Positions 7,608-18,204 of a stretch of DNA of 64,000 bases are shown piece by piece (position 1 is the first letter of the stretch; each line of letters begins with the position of its first letter). Source of the stretch: Nitrospinaceae bacterium. GTDB lineage: Bacteria > Nitrospinota > Nitrospinia > Nitrospinales > Nitrospinaceae. Below the pieces are notes generated by a model. The model was given only the letters and a program-made list of their open reading frames with translations. It was not told where the DNA came from and did not search any database. Position numbers and translations under genes: made by a program. The DNA lies in the NCBI GenBank assembly GCA_965223665.1, contig OZ245011.1:2272001-2336000 (forward strand), in the 5' to 3' direction.

Positions 7608-8525
7608 TTGGAAAAAGCAGAAAAAATTTGGATGGATGGAAAACTCGTTCCTTGGCATGAGGCTAATGTTCATGTTCTCACGCATACATTACATTATGGG
7701 CTCGGAGCTTTTGAAGGAATCCGTTGTTATCAGACAAAAAATAAAAAGTCAGCCATTTTTCGTTTACCAGAGCATGTAAACAGATTATTTAATTCAGCCA
7801 AGATTTTAGGGATCAAAATTCCTTTCTCCTCCAAAGAAATTAGTAAAGCCATTATACAAACTGTTACTGCGAATAAACTCTTGGAATGTTATATCCGTCC
7901 AATTGTTTTTTTAGGTGATAATAAAATGGGATTAAATCCTGAAGGTGTAAATGTTCGAGTGGCAATAGCTGCCTGGCCATGGGGCACCTATTTAGGTGAT
8001 GATGGTTTAAATAAAGGAATTCGGGTAAAGGTTTCGTCAATTAACAGGCACCATGTCAACATTTCTTTAACTCGAGCGAAGGCTTGTGGCCATTATATTA
8101 ATTCTATATTTGCCAAATCTGAAGCGGTAAGAGATGGTTATGATGAAGCTATTATGCTGGATGCCAATGGTTATGTATCTGAGGGTTCAGGGGAAAATAT
8201 TTTTATTCTTTCCCGAGGTAAGTTGATCACCCCTACTTTATCAAGTAGTTGTTTAGATGGGATAACTCGAGATTCAATTTTTGAGATTTGTAAACATTTA
8301 AAAATCAATTTAGAAGAAACTATTCTCACAAGAGATGAACTATATATAGCAGATGAAATTTTTCTCACAGGAACGGCTGCAGAAATTACCCCTGTTCGGG
8401 AGGTCGACAACCGCCAAATTGGTTCTGGAAAAAAAGGCAATATCACGTCAAAAATCCAAAAAGTATTTTTTGACACTGTCGCTGGCAAAGTACCCAAATT
8501 TAAGAAATGGCTCACCGAGATATAG
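7608..8525 (+). CDS. ilvE: Branched-chain amino acid aminotransferase
   Basis: [51 protein letters not shown] motifs. Confidence 0.95.
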   Translation: MEKAEKIWMDGKLVPWHEANVHVLTHTLHYGLGAFEGIRCYQTKNKKSAIFRLPEHVNRLFNSAKILGIKIPFSSKEISKAIIQTVTANKLLECYIRPIVFLGDNKMGLNPEGVNVRVAIAAWPWGTYLGDDGLNKGIRVKVSSINRHHVNISLTRAKACGHYINSIFAKSEAVRDGYDEAIMLDANGYVSEGSGENIFILSRGKLITPTLSSSCLDGITRDSIFEICKHLKINLEETILTRDELYIADEIFLTGTAAEITPVREVDNRQIGSGKKGNITSKIQKVFFDTVAGKVPKFKKWLTEI

Positions 8526-8716
8526 CCATTAAACATTCCCCATCCTACAAAATTTCTTGAACCAAAAATCATTTTGCCTCAAAATGCATCAAATCACTTT
8601 ATAATCCCCTTTTGGCCTGGGGAAATTTATATTGAATGGTTTAACGAATAATAGGCTATTAATGGGTTGCTTATTACCTTTGCTAAAATAAATAATTGAT
8701 TTTTAAGGAGTTTTTA

Positions 8717-9127
8717 ATGCCCATCTATGAATACGAGTGTAAAACCTGTGGAAGTGTATTTGAGTTAATGCACTCAATTAGTGCCCCTCCCCCCAAAACA
8801 TGTGAAACTCCTAAATGTAAGGGTAAGCCTCGAAGACTAGTATCAGCATCAGGTTTTATTTTAAAAGGATCTGGTTGGTATGCCACTGATTACCCCTCCG
8901 AATCTCGAAAAAAGGGTTGGGAAGAGGAGAGTCAACAGGGCAAATCTAAAGCTTCGACAGAAAATGCAGATGAAAAAAACCCGGCTCCCGCTTTACCAAA
9001 AGAAAAAAAGGGCGAAGTAAAAGCGACCGAGAAGGCTTCTACAAATCCAGTTACTAAGGTAAATCAAAAAAATCCTTATACTGGAAAGAAAAATAAAAAC
9101 AAAAAACCATCTTCAGCCAAAAAATAG
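8717..9127 (+). CDS. FmdB-family zinc-ribbon protein
   Basis: MPIYEYECKTCG...CETPKC...GFILKGSGWYATDY; AAGGAG RBS before ATG at 8717. Confidence 0.9.
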   Translation: MPIYEYECKTCGSVFELMHSISAPPPKTCETPKCKGKPRRLVSASGFILKGSGWYATDYPSESRKKGWEEESQQGKSKASTENADEKNPAPALPKEKKGEVKATEKASTNPVTKVNQKNPYTGKKNKNKKPSSAKK

Positions 9128-9143
9128 GCCATTGGGGCCAACG

Positions 9144-10235
9144 ATGAAAAACGTAAATGTATTTTATCAATCTATTTTTTCATCAATAATTGATGCCGCT
9201 CTTCTTTTTTCACCCAAAGGAAATGTTCTATTAGCCAACATTGCTGCGGAGGAAATGTTTCGACAATCAAAAGAAACTTTACTCAAAAGGTCTTATTTAG
9301 ATCTCTTTCCGAATCAAACGGATCTAGTAGAAAAATTTGAGGAAACTCTCAATAAAGGTATTTCATTTAGAGATTTTGAATGTAATGGTTATCGAAAAGT
9401 AAATGATCATTTTTTTCCCGTTAGTTTAACCGTTTCAATGGTAACTGGAAAAGAGAATAAACAAGAGGGAGTGTTAATATTAGTCCGAGACTTAAGTTTA
9501 AAAAAAGAATTGGAAGAGACTTCCCGTCAATCAGATTATATTTCAAACCTAGGTATTCTTACATTGGGCATGGCTCATGAAATCAAGAATCCTCTTTCGG
9601 CTATTTGTGCCTCAGCACAATTGCTTATTGAGAAATTATCAAAGGATGAACAGGAGTATTTAGAGATAGTTATTAAAGAATCTCATCGAATAAATCGCAT
9701 GGTAGAAAAAATGTTAGATTTTGCACGGCCTTCCAATTTAAATCTTCGTCCAATTAATATTCACCAAATATTAGAAGAAATTTTAATTCTGGAAAAAGCT
9801 CAATGCAAAGGAAAGGTAAAATTTATTCACAATTATGATCCAAGTTTACCCCTGGTGGAAGCGGATGAGGATCAATTAAAGCAGGCGCTCTTGAATTTAA
9901 TTCGAAATTCAATCGAAGCAATGGCTCAAGGAGGAAGTTTAAAAATTGTCACACGGTTTAATTCTAATTATGCAGCTAAGCCAATCAAGGGAAAGCATCC
10001 CCACCATGATATTGTAATTGAACTCATAGACACAGGAACAGGAATTGACCCTCAAGATTTAGAAAAATTATTTACTCCGTTTCACACAACCAAAAGCAAA
10101 GGAACTGGTTTAGGTTTATCGCTTTCTTTAAAAATTATCGAAAATCATGGTGGAAAAATAAAAATTTTTTCAGAAAAAAATAAAGGGACCCAGGTAAAAG
10201 TTTTTTTGCCTTTAAAGCAGGAAAAAGATGGATAA
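9144..10235 (+). CDS. PAS-domain sensor histidine kinase, NtrB/GlnL-like
   Basis: PAS domain, MAHEIKNPL H-box, NYDPSLP, FTPFHTTKSKGTGLGL. Confidence 0.88.
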   Translation: MKNVNVFYQSIFSSIIDAALLFSPKGNVLLANIAAEEMFRQSKETLLKRSYLDLFPNQTDLVEKFEETLNKGISFRDFECNGYRKVNDHFFPVSLTVSMVTGKENKQEGVLILVRDLSLKKELEETSRQSDYISNLGILTLGMAHEIKNPLSAICASAQLLIEKLSKDEQEYLEIVIKESHRINRMVEKMLDFARPSNLNLRPINIHQILEEILILEKAQCKGKVKFIHNYDPSLPLVEADEDQLKQALLNLIRNSIEAMAQGGSLKIVTRFNSNYAAKPIKGKHPHHDIVIELIDTGTGIDPQDLEKLFTPFHTTKSKGTGLGLSLSLKIIENHGGKIKIFSEKNKGTQVKVFLPLKQEKDG

Positions 10236-11694
10236 AAAATATAAAATTTTAGTTGTTGATGATGAAGACAATATACTTTGGGTATTTTCTAAAGCCTTTG
10301 AAAATTCTCCCTATTCGATTTCCACAGCTTCCTCGGCCGAAGATGCTTTGGAGCGAATTAATGAGGAAGACTTTTTTTTAGTTTTCACAGATATTTTTAT
10401 GCCCGGAATAAATGGATTAGAACTACTAAAAAGAATAAAAGAACATCCCTCACATCCAAATGTAATTGTAATGACAGCTCAAGATACTATGAATAACACC
10501 ATTGAGGCTATGCGCCATGGTGCATTTGATTACATAAGTAAACCCTTTGACTTTAAAAAAATATTTGAACTTATTGAACAACTAGTAAAAAACCAAGATA
10601 TCAAACCAGTTGAAATAGAAACTCCTCCCATTTCATTAGAAGACTTTTCAGTACAATCCATTATTGGGAAAAGTGATTCCATGCAGGAGATATTTAAAAC
10701 TATTGGTAAAGCAGCCGCAACTCAACTTCCCGTTTTAATCACTGGAGAAAGTGGTACAGGAAAAGAAATGGTAGCTCGTGCTCTCCATCATTATTCTGAT
10801 CGGTCGCAAGACCCTTTTATTTTTATAAATTGCGCTGCGATTGCTCGGGAATTATTGGAAACAGAATTATTTGGTCACGAAAAAGGATCATTCACTGGTG
10901 CATTGGAAACCAAAAAAGGTAAATTTGAACTTGCAGATGGTGGAACTTTAATGCTCGATGAAATTGGAGACATGGAATTAGCTCTTCAAGCAAAAATTTT
11001 ACGTGTTTTACAAAATAATGAGTTTTTTCGTGTAGGTGGCAAAGAGCCAATTCGAGTAGATGTCAGAATTATTGCTGCCACTAATCAAAACCTATCGGAT
11101 CTAATGGAGAAAAACCTCTTTAGAGAAGATCTCTTTCATCGTTTAAACGTTATAAATATTCAACTTCCTCCATTAAGAGAGCGCAGAGATGATATTCCGT
11201 TGCTAGCAAATTTCTTTTTAAAGAAGTATTCTGCTGAATTGAGTGGTGGTGAAGTATTTATGTCACAAGAAGCTGAAAAAATTTTTAAAGCCTATCCTTG
11301 GCCGGGGAACATCAGAGAATTGGAAAATACTATGAAGCGAGGGTTGGTCCTTGCAGCTCGAGGCCCTCTTTTAAAAGATCACTTACCTCCTAAATTACAA
11401 GACTTTAATGTAAAAGGTCCCCCTACTGATGATTCTTGGGAAAATGCTCTTGAACCCCTAATTGAAGAGTTCCTTAATCAAACTCAAAACTCGGAAACCG
11501 GTCAATTGTATGATCAGCTCATCGAATCTGTAGAGAAGCATTTATTTGAACAATTGTTGAAAAAGCACCGAGGAAATCAAGTAGCAACAGCAAAAGCATT
11601 AGGGATTAATCGAAATACCTTAAAAAGAAAAATTGATGCATTTTCTATAGAACCCAAAAAAGGCAAGTCAAAACCCTCGGGGAGTTCGCAATGA
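10228..11694 (+). CDS. Sigma54-dependent response regulator, NtrC/GlnG-like
   Basis: Receiver (VVDDE, DIFMP), [14 protein letters not shown], Fis-type HTH (GNQVATAKALGINRNTL). Confidence 0.9.
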   Translation: MDKKYKILVVDDEDNILWVFSKAFENSPYSISTASSAEDALERINEEDFFLVFTDIFMPGINGLELLKRIKEHPSHPNVIVMTAQDTMNNTIEAMRHGAFDYISKPFDFKKIFELIEQLVKNQDIKPVEIETPPISLEDFSVQSIIGKSDSMQEIFKTIGKAAATQLPVLITGESGTGKEMVARALHHYSDRSQDPFIFINCAAIARELLETELFGHEKGSFTGALETKKGKFELADGGTLMLDEIGDMELALQAKILRVLQNNEFFRVGGKEPIRVDVRIIAATNQNLSDLMEKNLFREDLFHRLNVINIQLPPLRERRDDIPLLANFFLKKYSAELSGGEVFMSQEAEKIFKAYPWPGNIRELENTMKRGLVLAARGPLLKDHLPPKLQDFNVKGPPTDDSWENALEPLIEEFLNQTQNSETGQLYDQLIESVEKHLFEQLLKKHRGNQVATAKALGINRNTLKRKIDAFSIEPKKGKSKPSGSSQ

Positions 11695-12659
11695 AAACTG
11701 AAAAAATAGTTTCTATAAATACTCCTATGGGAAGGGCCCTCGAGGTTATTCGTCATACTTTTTCTTCTCATAAAAACAAACCTTCTCTAAGAATCTCAAT
11801 TATTGCAGGCCTGCATGGAGATGAATTGGATGGAATTTTTATTTGCAATCGTTTAATAGACGCATTAAAAAAATACAAAGAAGAGGCTCCCGAAGTTTTC
11901 GAAGGAGAAATCAATATTTACCCTGCAGTAAACCCTCAAGCCTTAAATAGTGCTTCAAGATTATGGCCATTTTACTCCATTGATATGAATCGCACTTTTG
12001 GAAATCCTGCGAACAATTCACTTCCGGTTTCCGTGTCCCAAGAAATTTTCCAAGACATTCAGAATAGGTCCGATTGGGCTTTGGATATTCATTCCAGTAA
12101 TCTCTTCCTTAAAGAACTTCCACAAATAAGGATAATAGAAGAGTTTTCCAAACACTTGCTATCAGCAGCAGAAAAAACTAATGCTGATTTGATTTGGGTT
12201 CACCCGATGGCAGGTTTATTTGAGTCCACTTTAGGTTACAATTTAAACCAACAAAAAGTAAAAACACTAGTAATAGAATCAGGAATTTGCTTAAGGATTC
12301 ACCAAAATTATTGTGAGCAACTTTTCCTGGGAATAATAAATTTATTACAACATTTAGAAATTTTGAATTTTTCGCAGGCTTCTCAATTTGATCTTAAAAT
12401 ACCAAAAATTATTCAACCCACCCAAGTTTCCATAAATTGCTCCAATAAATCCGGGTTGTTTATCAGCAAAGTCCGTTTAGGGCAATACCTTATTAAAGGG
12501 GATCGGATTGGAGAAATCGTTGACCCCCAAGACGGAAAAGTATTGGAGGAAGTCTTTGCAGAACAGGATGGCCTACTTTTCACCTTAAGAGAACATCCAT
12601 TAACATATTCCGGTGCCCTATTAGCTCGAATTGCCTTGGAGAATGAGCCGGAACCATGA
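11691..12659 (+). CDS. Succinylglutamate desuccinylase/aspartoacylase (M14 ASTE/ASPA-like) protein
   Basis: GLHGDE, DMNRTF, LDIHSS, VIESG motifs; C-terminal biotinyl-like barrel. Confidence 0.85.
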   Translation: MKTEKIVSINTPMGRALEVIRHTFSSHKNKPSLRISIIAGLHGDELDGIFICNRLIDALKKYKEEAPEVFEGEINIYPAVNPQALNSASRLWPFYSIDMNRTFGNPANNSLPVSVSQEIFQDIQNRSDWALDIHSSNLFLKELPQIRIIEEFSKHLLSAAEKTNADLIWVHPMAGLFESTLGYNLNQQKVKTLVIESGICLRIHQNYCEQLFLGIINLLQHLEILNFSQASQFDLKIPKIIQPTQVSINCSNKSGLFISKVRLGQYLIKGDRIGEIVDPQDGKVLEEVFAEQDGLLFTLREHPLTYSGALLARIALENEPEP

Positions 12660-13627
12660 AAAAAGAAGTCTTTTCAATTGCCTCCCCTTTTGGCGAGCCT
12701 TATAAGCTGCATAAAAATTATTGGGGGAACAAAAATTTTTATGAAACCTTGACAATAGTAAGTGGTTTACAAGGTGATCGCTTAAATAGTGTTTGGGTGG
12801 CTTCCCGTTTATCCCATTTTTTACAAAATATTGAAGATGGTTTAGAAACTGGCTATGAATTTGGAGGAAATATTCAAATTTTTCCTGTCCTCAATTTTCG
12901 GGCTTTGGAATTCGGTTCGTCAGTTTGGGGATTTGATAATCTGGATTTTGACTATGCTTTTCCAGGTATTGAGGAAGGGGATCTTTCAGAAAAAATATGT
13001 AATATCCTTTTGCAACAATCCATTGACACTCATTATGGAATCGTTATTCAAACGGGAGACCATCTTTATGAAGAAGCTCCACACATTAAATTGTTCAACC
13101 CTAATCGAAACTTAAAAAGCTTGGCGCGTTGCTTTGGATTAAATGTGGCACGGCAAATACCTGATTCTCCTACCCTAAGTTTAAATCTAGTAAAAAATTG
13201 GGATACCATGGGTATTCCCGCGCTTCTTATAGTTTCAGGACGAAATAAAATTTTAGATCCTACATATTGTGATATTATTTTTGAAGGGTTAATTAATTTT
13301 TTAATCATGACAGGGTTCCTAATCCACAAAGAAGAAAAAGGTAAAAAAAGTGAAGTTGCATTTTATAACCCAAAATGCGAACTCGCAATAAAAACAAATT
13401 TTCCTGGACTTTTTATTCCTGAAATAAACGTTGGTTCTTATATAAAAGTCAATCAAACCATTGGAAAAGTAATTGATATAATAGAGGGAAGAATATTAGA
13501 AGAGATTAAAGCACCAGAGGATGGATTATTGATATCACTGAGATATCATCCCTTAATTCACGAAGGGGAAGCTATAGCTACTTTACTTACCGAAAAAAAC
13601 CGGCGATGGTTTTGGCCATTTCCATAA
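12656..13627 (+). CDS. Second ASTE/ASPA-like paralog with degenerate catalytic motifs
   Basis: GLQGDR, DFDYAF, VIQTG, LIVSG at the positions equivalent to the motifs of the upstream paralog; ATGA overlap. Confidence 0.75.
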   Translation: MKKEVFSIASPFGEPYKLHKNYWGNKNFYETLTIVSGLQGDRLNSVWVASRLSHFLQNIEDGLETGYEFGGNIQIFPVLNFRALEFGSSVWGFDNLDFDYAFPGIEEGDLSEKICNILLQQSIDTHYGIVIQTGDHLYEEAPHIKLFNPNRNLKSLARCFGLNVARQIPDSPTLSLNLVKNWDTMGIPALLIVSGRNKILDPTYCDIIFEGLINFLIMTGFLIHKEEKGKKSEVAFYNPKCELAIKTNFPGLFIPEINVGSYIKVNQTIGKVIDIIEGRILEEIKAPEDGLLISLRYHPLIHEGEAIATLLTEKNRRWFWPFP

Positions 13628-13631
13628 TTTA

Positions 13632-13871
13632 TTAAACAATATTTGAAATAAATTTTACAAATCCATAAAGCGAACAGATTATTCCTACCACAGTCAACGT
13701 TAATCCACGAATCGCTCTAATTTTTAAGATTCGCATACTTTCCGAATCTCCATCAATAAACGCCCATTTGGCCTTAGGGTCTCGCATTTTTTCTAACTCT
13801 TTACGCTCCACCTTTGCGCACCAAGTTAATAATCCTATCCCAATTGCAAAAATAACTAGCCCTGTTAACAC
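13632..13871 (-). CDS. Small membrane protein (2 TM)
   Basis: 79-aa ORF with two hydrophobic segments. Confidence 0.6.
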   Translation of the reverse strand: MLTGLVIFAIGIGLLTWCAKVERKELEKMRDPKAKWAFIDGDSESMRILKIRAIRGLTLTVVGIICSLYGFVKFISNIV

Positions 13872-14173
13872 GGATTTCTTTATTAAGTTTAAACGTTATT
13901 GGAAATAATCTATACAAAAAGTATAACAGTATGCGCTTAAAAATCAAAGGGTTCAAAGAATATTATCCAACAATTCATAAGTTGCTGAAAAAGGCCTAAT
14001 TCGATAAACTTGGGTAAAATTAATAAGAGATTTTTTCTTTAAAATTGTTTCCAATAAAGAAACCTAGCTAAAAATTATTGATATATCGAGATTAGTAGTC
14101 CTTTTCTTTGTTAACTTTAAAAATTAGTTCCACTAAATTTTTCTTTGCGAAACTAATTTTAATTAAACTAATT

Positions 14174-14917
14174 ATGGTGCTTATTTCTAGAAATTTACTA
14201 ATTGAACAACCTGCCCAAGGTTATAGGTTCTCAATTGAACCCTTTATACTTTCCCATTTTGTAAAACCAGAGTCTAATAGCAAAGTTTTGGACATTGGAA
14301 CCGGATGCGGGATCATTCCGCTTTTACTTATTACAAAACACAAGGATTTAAAAATAACAGGCATTGAAATCCAAAAATCGCTTTTTCAACAGGCAAAAAA
14401 AAATATTCAAACAAATGAATATGAAAATTTTATTCAAATCATTCACGACGACTTTTATTCTTTAAAAGAAAATTATTCGAAAGAACACTTTGATCTTATT
14501 GTTAGCAATCCTCCCTATAGAAAAAAGAACAGTGGAAGGATAAACCCTTGCAGTGAAAAAGCAATAGCCAGACATGAATTGTCTCTTAGCCTTTCCAATC
14601 TAGTTAAATACTCTTCCCCTATTCTAAAAACCACCGGAAAAATAATATTAACTTACCCAATAACACGTAGGGATGAGGTTATAGGCGAATTAAGAAAAAA
14701 TAACTTTTTCCCGAATAGGATTTTAATTGTCAAAGGACATAAAAAAACTAAATCTAGTTTTTTTGTTGTTGAAGCTTCCAAATCAAACCAAACACTTTTT
14801 CCCAGAGAGAGTGAATTAATAATCTTAAATGAGGATGGTTCTTATACAGAAACCATGCAGGAAATATATGCATCCTTTAATAATTCTGGCTGGCCCAACC
14901 GCTTCTGGGAAAAGTGA
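14174..14917 (+). CDS. tRNA1(Val) A37 N6-methyltransferase (TrmN6/YfiC family)
   Basis: QPAQGYRFSIE, LDIGTGCG, IVSNPPY, IARHE motifs. Confidence 0.88.
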   Translation: MVLISRNLLIEQPAQGYRFSIEPFILSHFVKPESNSKVLDIGTGCGIIPLLLITKHKDLKITGIEIQKSLFQQAKKNIQTNEYENFIQIIHDDFYSLKENYSKEHFDLIVSNPPYRKKNSGRINPCSEKAIARHELSLSLSNLVKYSSPILKTTGKIILTYPITRRDEVIGELRKNNFFPNRILIVKGHKKTKSSFFVVEASKSNQTLFPRESELIILNEDGSYTETMQEIYASFNNSGWPNRFWEK

Positions 14918-17900
14918 GCTGGCTGTAACTTTGGCCCGCCACCTACAAACAGAAATTATCAGTGCGGATTCTATCCAGGTTTACAAACACTTTGACATAG
15001 GAACCGCAAAGCCATCTCAAAAATTGCGCCAAACAATCCCCCATCATTTAATGGACATTCTAAATCCAGATGAAGATTTTACTTCGTTTCAATTTAAGCA
15101 ATTAGCATTACAACAAATACGAAACTTGCAGGCAGCAGGAAAACCTCCTATCCTAGTTGGTGGAACGGGATTATATATAAAAACATTAGTAGAAGGTTTC
15201 GAATGCGCAGTTGAGGTTTCTTTAGAAACCAGCAAACTTATAAAACAAAAAATAAAAAATGCAGGTTGCCAAGATGCTTACAATGAATTAAAAAATATCG
15301 ATCCTGAATATGCCAAAAAAATTAGCTCCCAGGATTCTCAGCGAATAGAAAGAGCATTAGCGGTTTTCTATTCAACTGGAAAAAAATTTTCGGAATTTCA
15401 CGCTGAAAATCAAAAGCAAAATCCAGATCTCGATTTTTTTTATTTTGTTTTGGAGCTTGAGCGTAACGACTTATACAATAGAATTAATTGCCGTGTAAAC
15501 GATATGATTCAAAAAGGTTTCCAAAAAGAAGTTGAGAAATTACTTAACCAAGGTTGGAATAAACAGTTAAAACCTTTCCAAAGCATAGGTTATTCTCAAA
15601 TGATTTCTTATCTCAATGGCAAAATCTCTTTTGAAACCGCCATTGATAAAATAAAACAAGAAACTCGACGCTATGCCAAGCGCCAAATCACCTGGTTCAA
15701 AAAGGTCCCTAATGCTATCCCCATTACCGTAACCACCGAGGATAATCCAGAGTCTTTGAAACGAAGAATCTTAAAACACCTACCCAAATTTATTTTAAAT
15801 CTTGCATTTATTTTTTTTAATTTAATTTGTCTTCAAAGCTTCGCATATTCCAGTTCAAACGACTTTAACAAGGCAGTCAACCAGTTCCATGAAAAGAAAT
15901 ACCACCACTCTTTGAAAAGTTTAAAATCTACTCTTACCGCTAAACCGGAAAAAAATCTTCTCAATCAATCGAAATTTTTATTATCAAAAATATATGTAGA
16001 AAACAATAATTTCTTGGAGGCTATTCCTCATCAAGAAGAACTATTGAACTCCTTTCCTGAGTTAGAAGATTATATTTTATTAGATTACGCTAAAACCCTA
16101 TGGAATAGCGGGAAACCCGATAAGGCTTTAAAGCAATTAGAGTTACAATTAGTCAAATTTCCTCAATCCAGATTACGACCTCAAGTAAGCTTTTTACGAG
16201 CAGAATTATTGACATCTATGGGGAAATTTAAACAAGCTCTTCAACAATATAAAAAATTAGAAAGGTTACTAAAAAAAAGATTACCTAAAAATAAATATAG
16301 AGAATCATCATTAAAAATAATTAAACAAAAAATATTTCTTTATGAAAAGCTAAACCAACCCCAAAAAGCCTATAATCTTTACCGAGAACTTTATGTAAAC
16401 TATCCTAATGATAAAACATCTAATCTTGTTTTTAAAAAACTCCAAAAATCTGCAAATAACACGCCCTCCCCAGCTTCACCATTAACAGTAAAAGAACAAT
16501 CTTTAAGAATTCGAAAATTATTAAATGCCACGCAATTTCAAAAAGCCTTAAAAGAAATTAAGACTTTTAAAAAAAAATCTAAAGATTCTTTTTCAGCAAA
16601 ATTATATTTTTATTTAGCCAATGCTTACCAAGGCAAACGAAATCGAGCGAAAGCAAATCGTGTGTTTTTGGAGTATTTAAAAAAATTTCCACGTCACAAA
16701 CGAGTTCCTGAGGCTAACTATCGCATTGGGAAAAACCTATGGAATTTAGGAAACCCAAAAGAGGCTATAAAATATTTCGAAAAAACAATTCAACTTTCTA
16801 AACGGAGAGGTTGGAAATCAGCTTCATATTTTGTTTTAGGGCGGATATATGAAGATTTAAAAGATTATCCAAATTCAATTAAGAATTACCAAATAGTTGC
16901 GAAAAATTATCCAAAAGGGAAATACGGTGAAAGAGCCGCCTGGCGAATTGGTTGGGTTTATTTTAAATCGGGCAATCTTAAAAAAGCATACAATCAATTT
17001 AAAAACAATACCAAGAAACACTCTAAGGGTTCCTTAATTGATAAAAATTTATTTTGGATGGGTAAAGTTTCAGAAAAATTAAAAAAGAACAAACAATCTG
17101 AAAAAATTTATAGAAAGCTTTTTAAAAACTATCCATTTACATACTACGGATTTCAAGCAAAGGATAAAATTAACGCATCAATTATCAAATTGAAAAAATA
17201 TAATTCAAGCTCCTCTTTAATAAGAAAGGCTTCTTTTGAACAACAACAAAGGACCAAAAATATTTTAGGTCGATCCTTATCAAAAAGAGAAAATTTTCAC
17301 TTTTCAAGAGCAGTGCATTTGATCCAACTAGGCTTTTATTCATTTGCAACTTTAGAACTCCAAGCTTTAGGTAAAACTATTCGGAAAGATTTCAATGGAG
17401 TACTCTGGTTATCTTATTGGTTCAACCAGGCTCATGCTTATAAAGATTCTTTTAGAGTTTTACAACTTTACAAGAATTACAAAACTAAAGCTTACGAAAA
17501 AAACCTTCCCTTAGAATTTTGGGTCAATTTTTATCCACCTGCTTTTTCCCAAACCATCGACTCATTTTCTAAAAAATATAAAGTCGATCCTCTCTTGGTT
17601 AAAGGTTTGATTCGCCAGGAAAGTCTTTACAACACTTATTCTCTTTCACCTGCAGGAGCAAGAGGATTAATGCAAATAATGCCCAAAACGGGACGCCGTA
17701 TTTTTCGCCAAATTTATTCATCGAAAAACTTTGACGTTGAATCCTTATTTCAACCAGAAATAAATATTGAACTAGGGATCCACTATTTAAGTAAATTAAA
17801 CCAAAAACATAAAAACAATAAAAATTACATCCTCATCAACTACAACGCTGGGCCAAAAGTATTAAGAGCTTGGAAGAGACGCTTCCGCCATCTTAAAGAT

Positions 17901-18035
17901 GTGGATGTATTTATAGAATCCATTCCTTACACAGAAACAAGGAACTATATAAAAAAAGTTATTAGAAACCTAAGGACTTACAAATTTCTTGAAACTTTGG
18001 AATCCGCCACCAATTCCTCCACGAAGTCTTTTTAA
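14868..18035 (+). CDS. miaA: tRNA dimethylallyltransferase MiaA in one frame with a TPR + Slt lytic transglycosylase
   Basis: GPTASGKS, DSIQVY, IGTAKP, VGGTGLY, TRRYAKRQITWF; then a signal-peptide-like hydrophobic stretch, TPRs, and IRQES/GARGLMQ/YNAGP/ETRNY Slt motifs, with no stop codon between them. Confidence 0.85.
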   Translation: MHPLIILAGPTASGKSELAVTLARHLQTEIISADSIQVYKHFDIGTAKPSQKLRQTIPHHLMDILNPDEDFTSFQFKQLALQQIRNLQAAGKPPILVGGTGLYIKTLVEGFECAVEVSLETSKLIKQKIKNAGCQDAYNELKNIDPEYAKKISSQDSQRIERALAVFYSTGKKFSEFHAENQKQNPDLDFFYFVLELERNDLYNRINCRVNDMIQKGFQKEVEKLLNQGWNKQLKPFQSIGYSQMISYLNGKISFETAIDKIKQETRRYAKRQITWFKKVPNAIPITVTTEDNPESLKRRILKHLPKFILNLAFIFFNLICLQSFAYSSSNDFNKAVNQFHEKKYHHSLKSLKSTLTAKPEKNLLNQSKFLLSKIYVENNNFLEAIPHQEELLNSFPELEDYILLDYAKTLWNSGKPDKALKQLELQLVKFPQSRLRPQVSFLRAELLTSMGKFKQALQQYKKLERLLKKRLPKNKYRESSLKIIKQKIFLYEKLNQPQKAYNLYRELYVNYPNDKTSNLVFKKLQKSANNTPSPASPLTVKEQSLRIRKLLNATQFQKALKEIKTFKKKSKDSFSAKLYFYLANAYQGKRNRAKANRVFLEYLKKFPRHKRVPEANYRIGKNLWNLGNPKEAIKYFEKTIQLSKRRGWKSASYFVLGRIYEDLKDYPNSIKNYQIVAKNYPKGKYGERAAWRIGWVYFKSGNLKKAYNQFKNNTKKHSKGSLIDKNLFWMGKVSEKLKKNKQSEKIYRKLFKNYPFTYYGFQAKDKINASIIKLKKYNSSSSLIRKASFEQQQRTKNILGRSLSKRENFHFSRAVHLIQLGFYSFATLELQALGKTIRKDFNGVLWLSYWFNQAHAYKDSFRVLQLYKNYKTKAYEKNLPLEFWVNFYPPAFSQTIDSFSKKYKVDPLLVKGLIRQESLYNTYSLSPAGARGLMQIMPKTGRRIFRQIYSSKNFDVESLFQPEINIELGIHYLSKLNQKHKNNKNYILINYNAGPKVLRAWKRRFRHLKDVDVFIESIPYTETRNYIKKVIRNLRTYKFLETLESATNSSTKSF

Positions 18036-18204
18036 ATTGCTTGCTCCCTAAAAAATCCGATATTTTTATTTTATTTCAAAAAAATCCCATTAAAAACCTA
18101 TAAAAAACTGATTATAAGGAAATTTTCTTCAACTTTTTCTAATTAATCTTATAGAATAAAGAAAAATTTTCGTGCCTATGTAGGTGGCACAGGGATAAAG
18201 CAGG

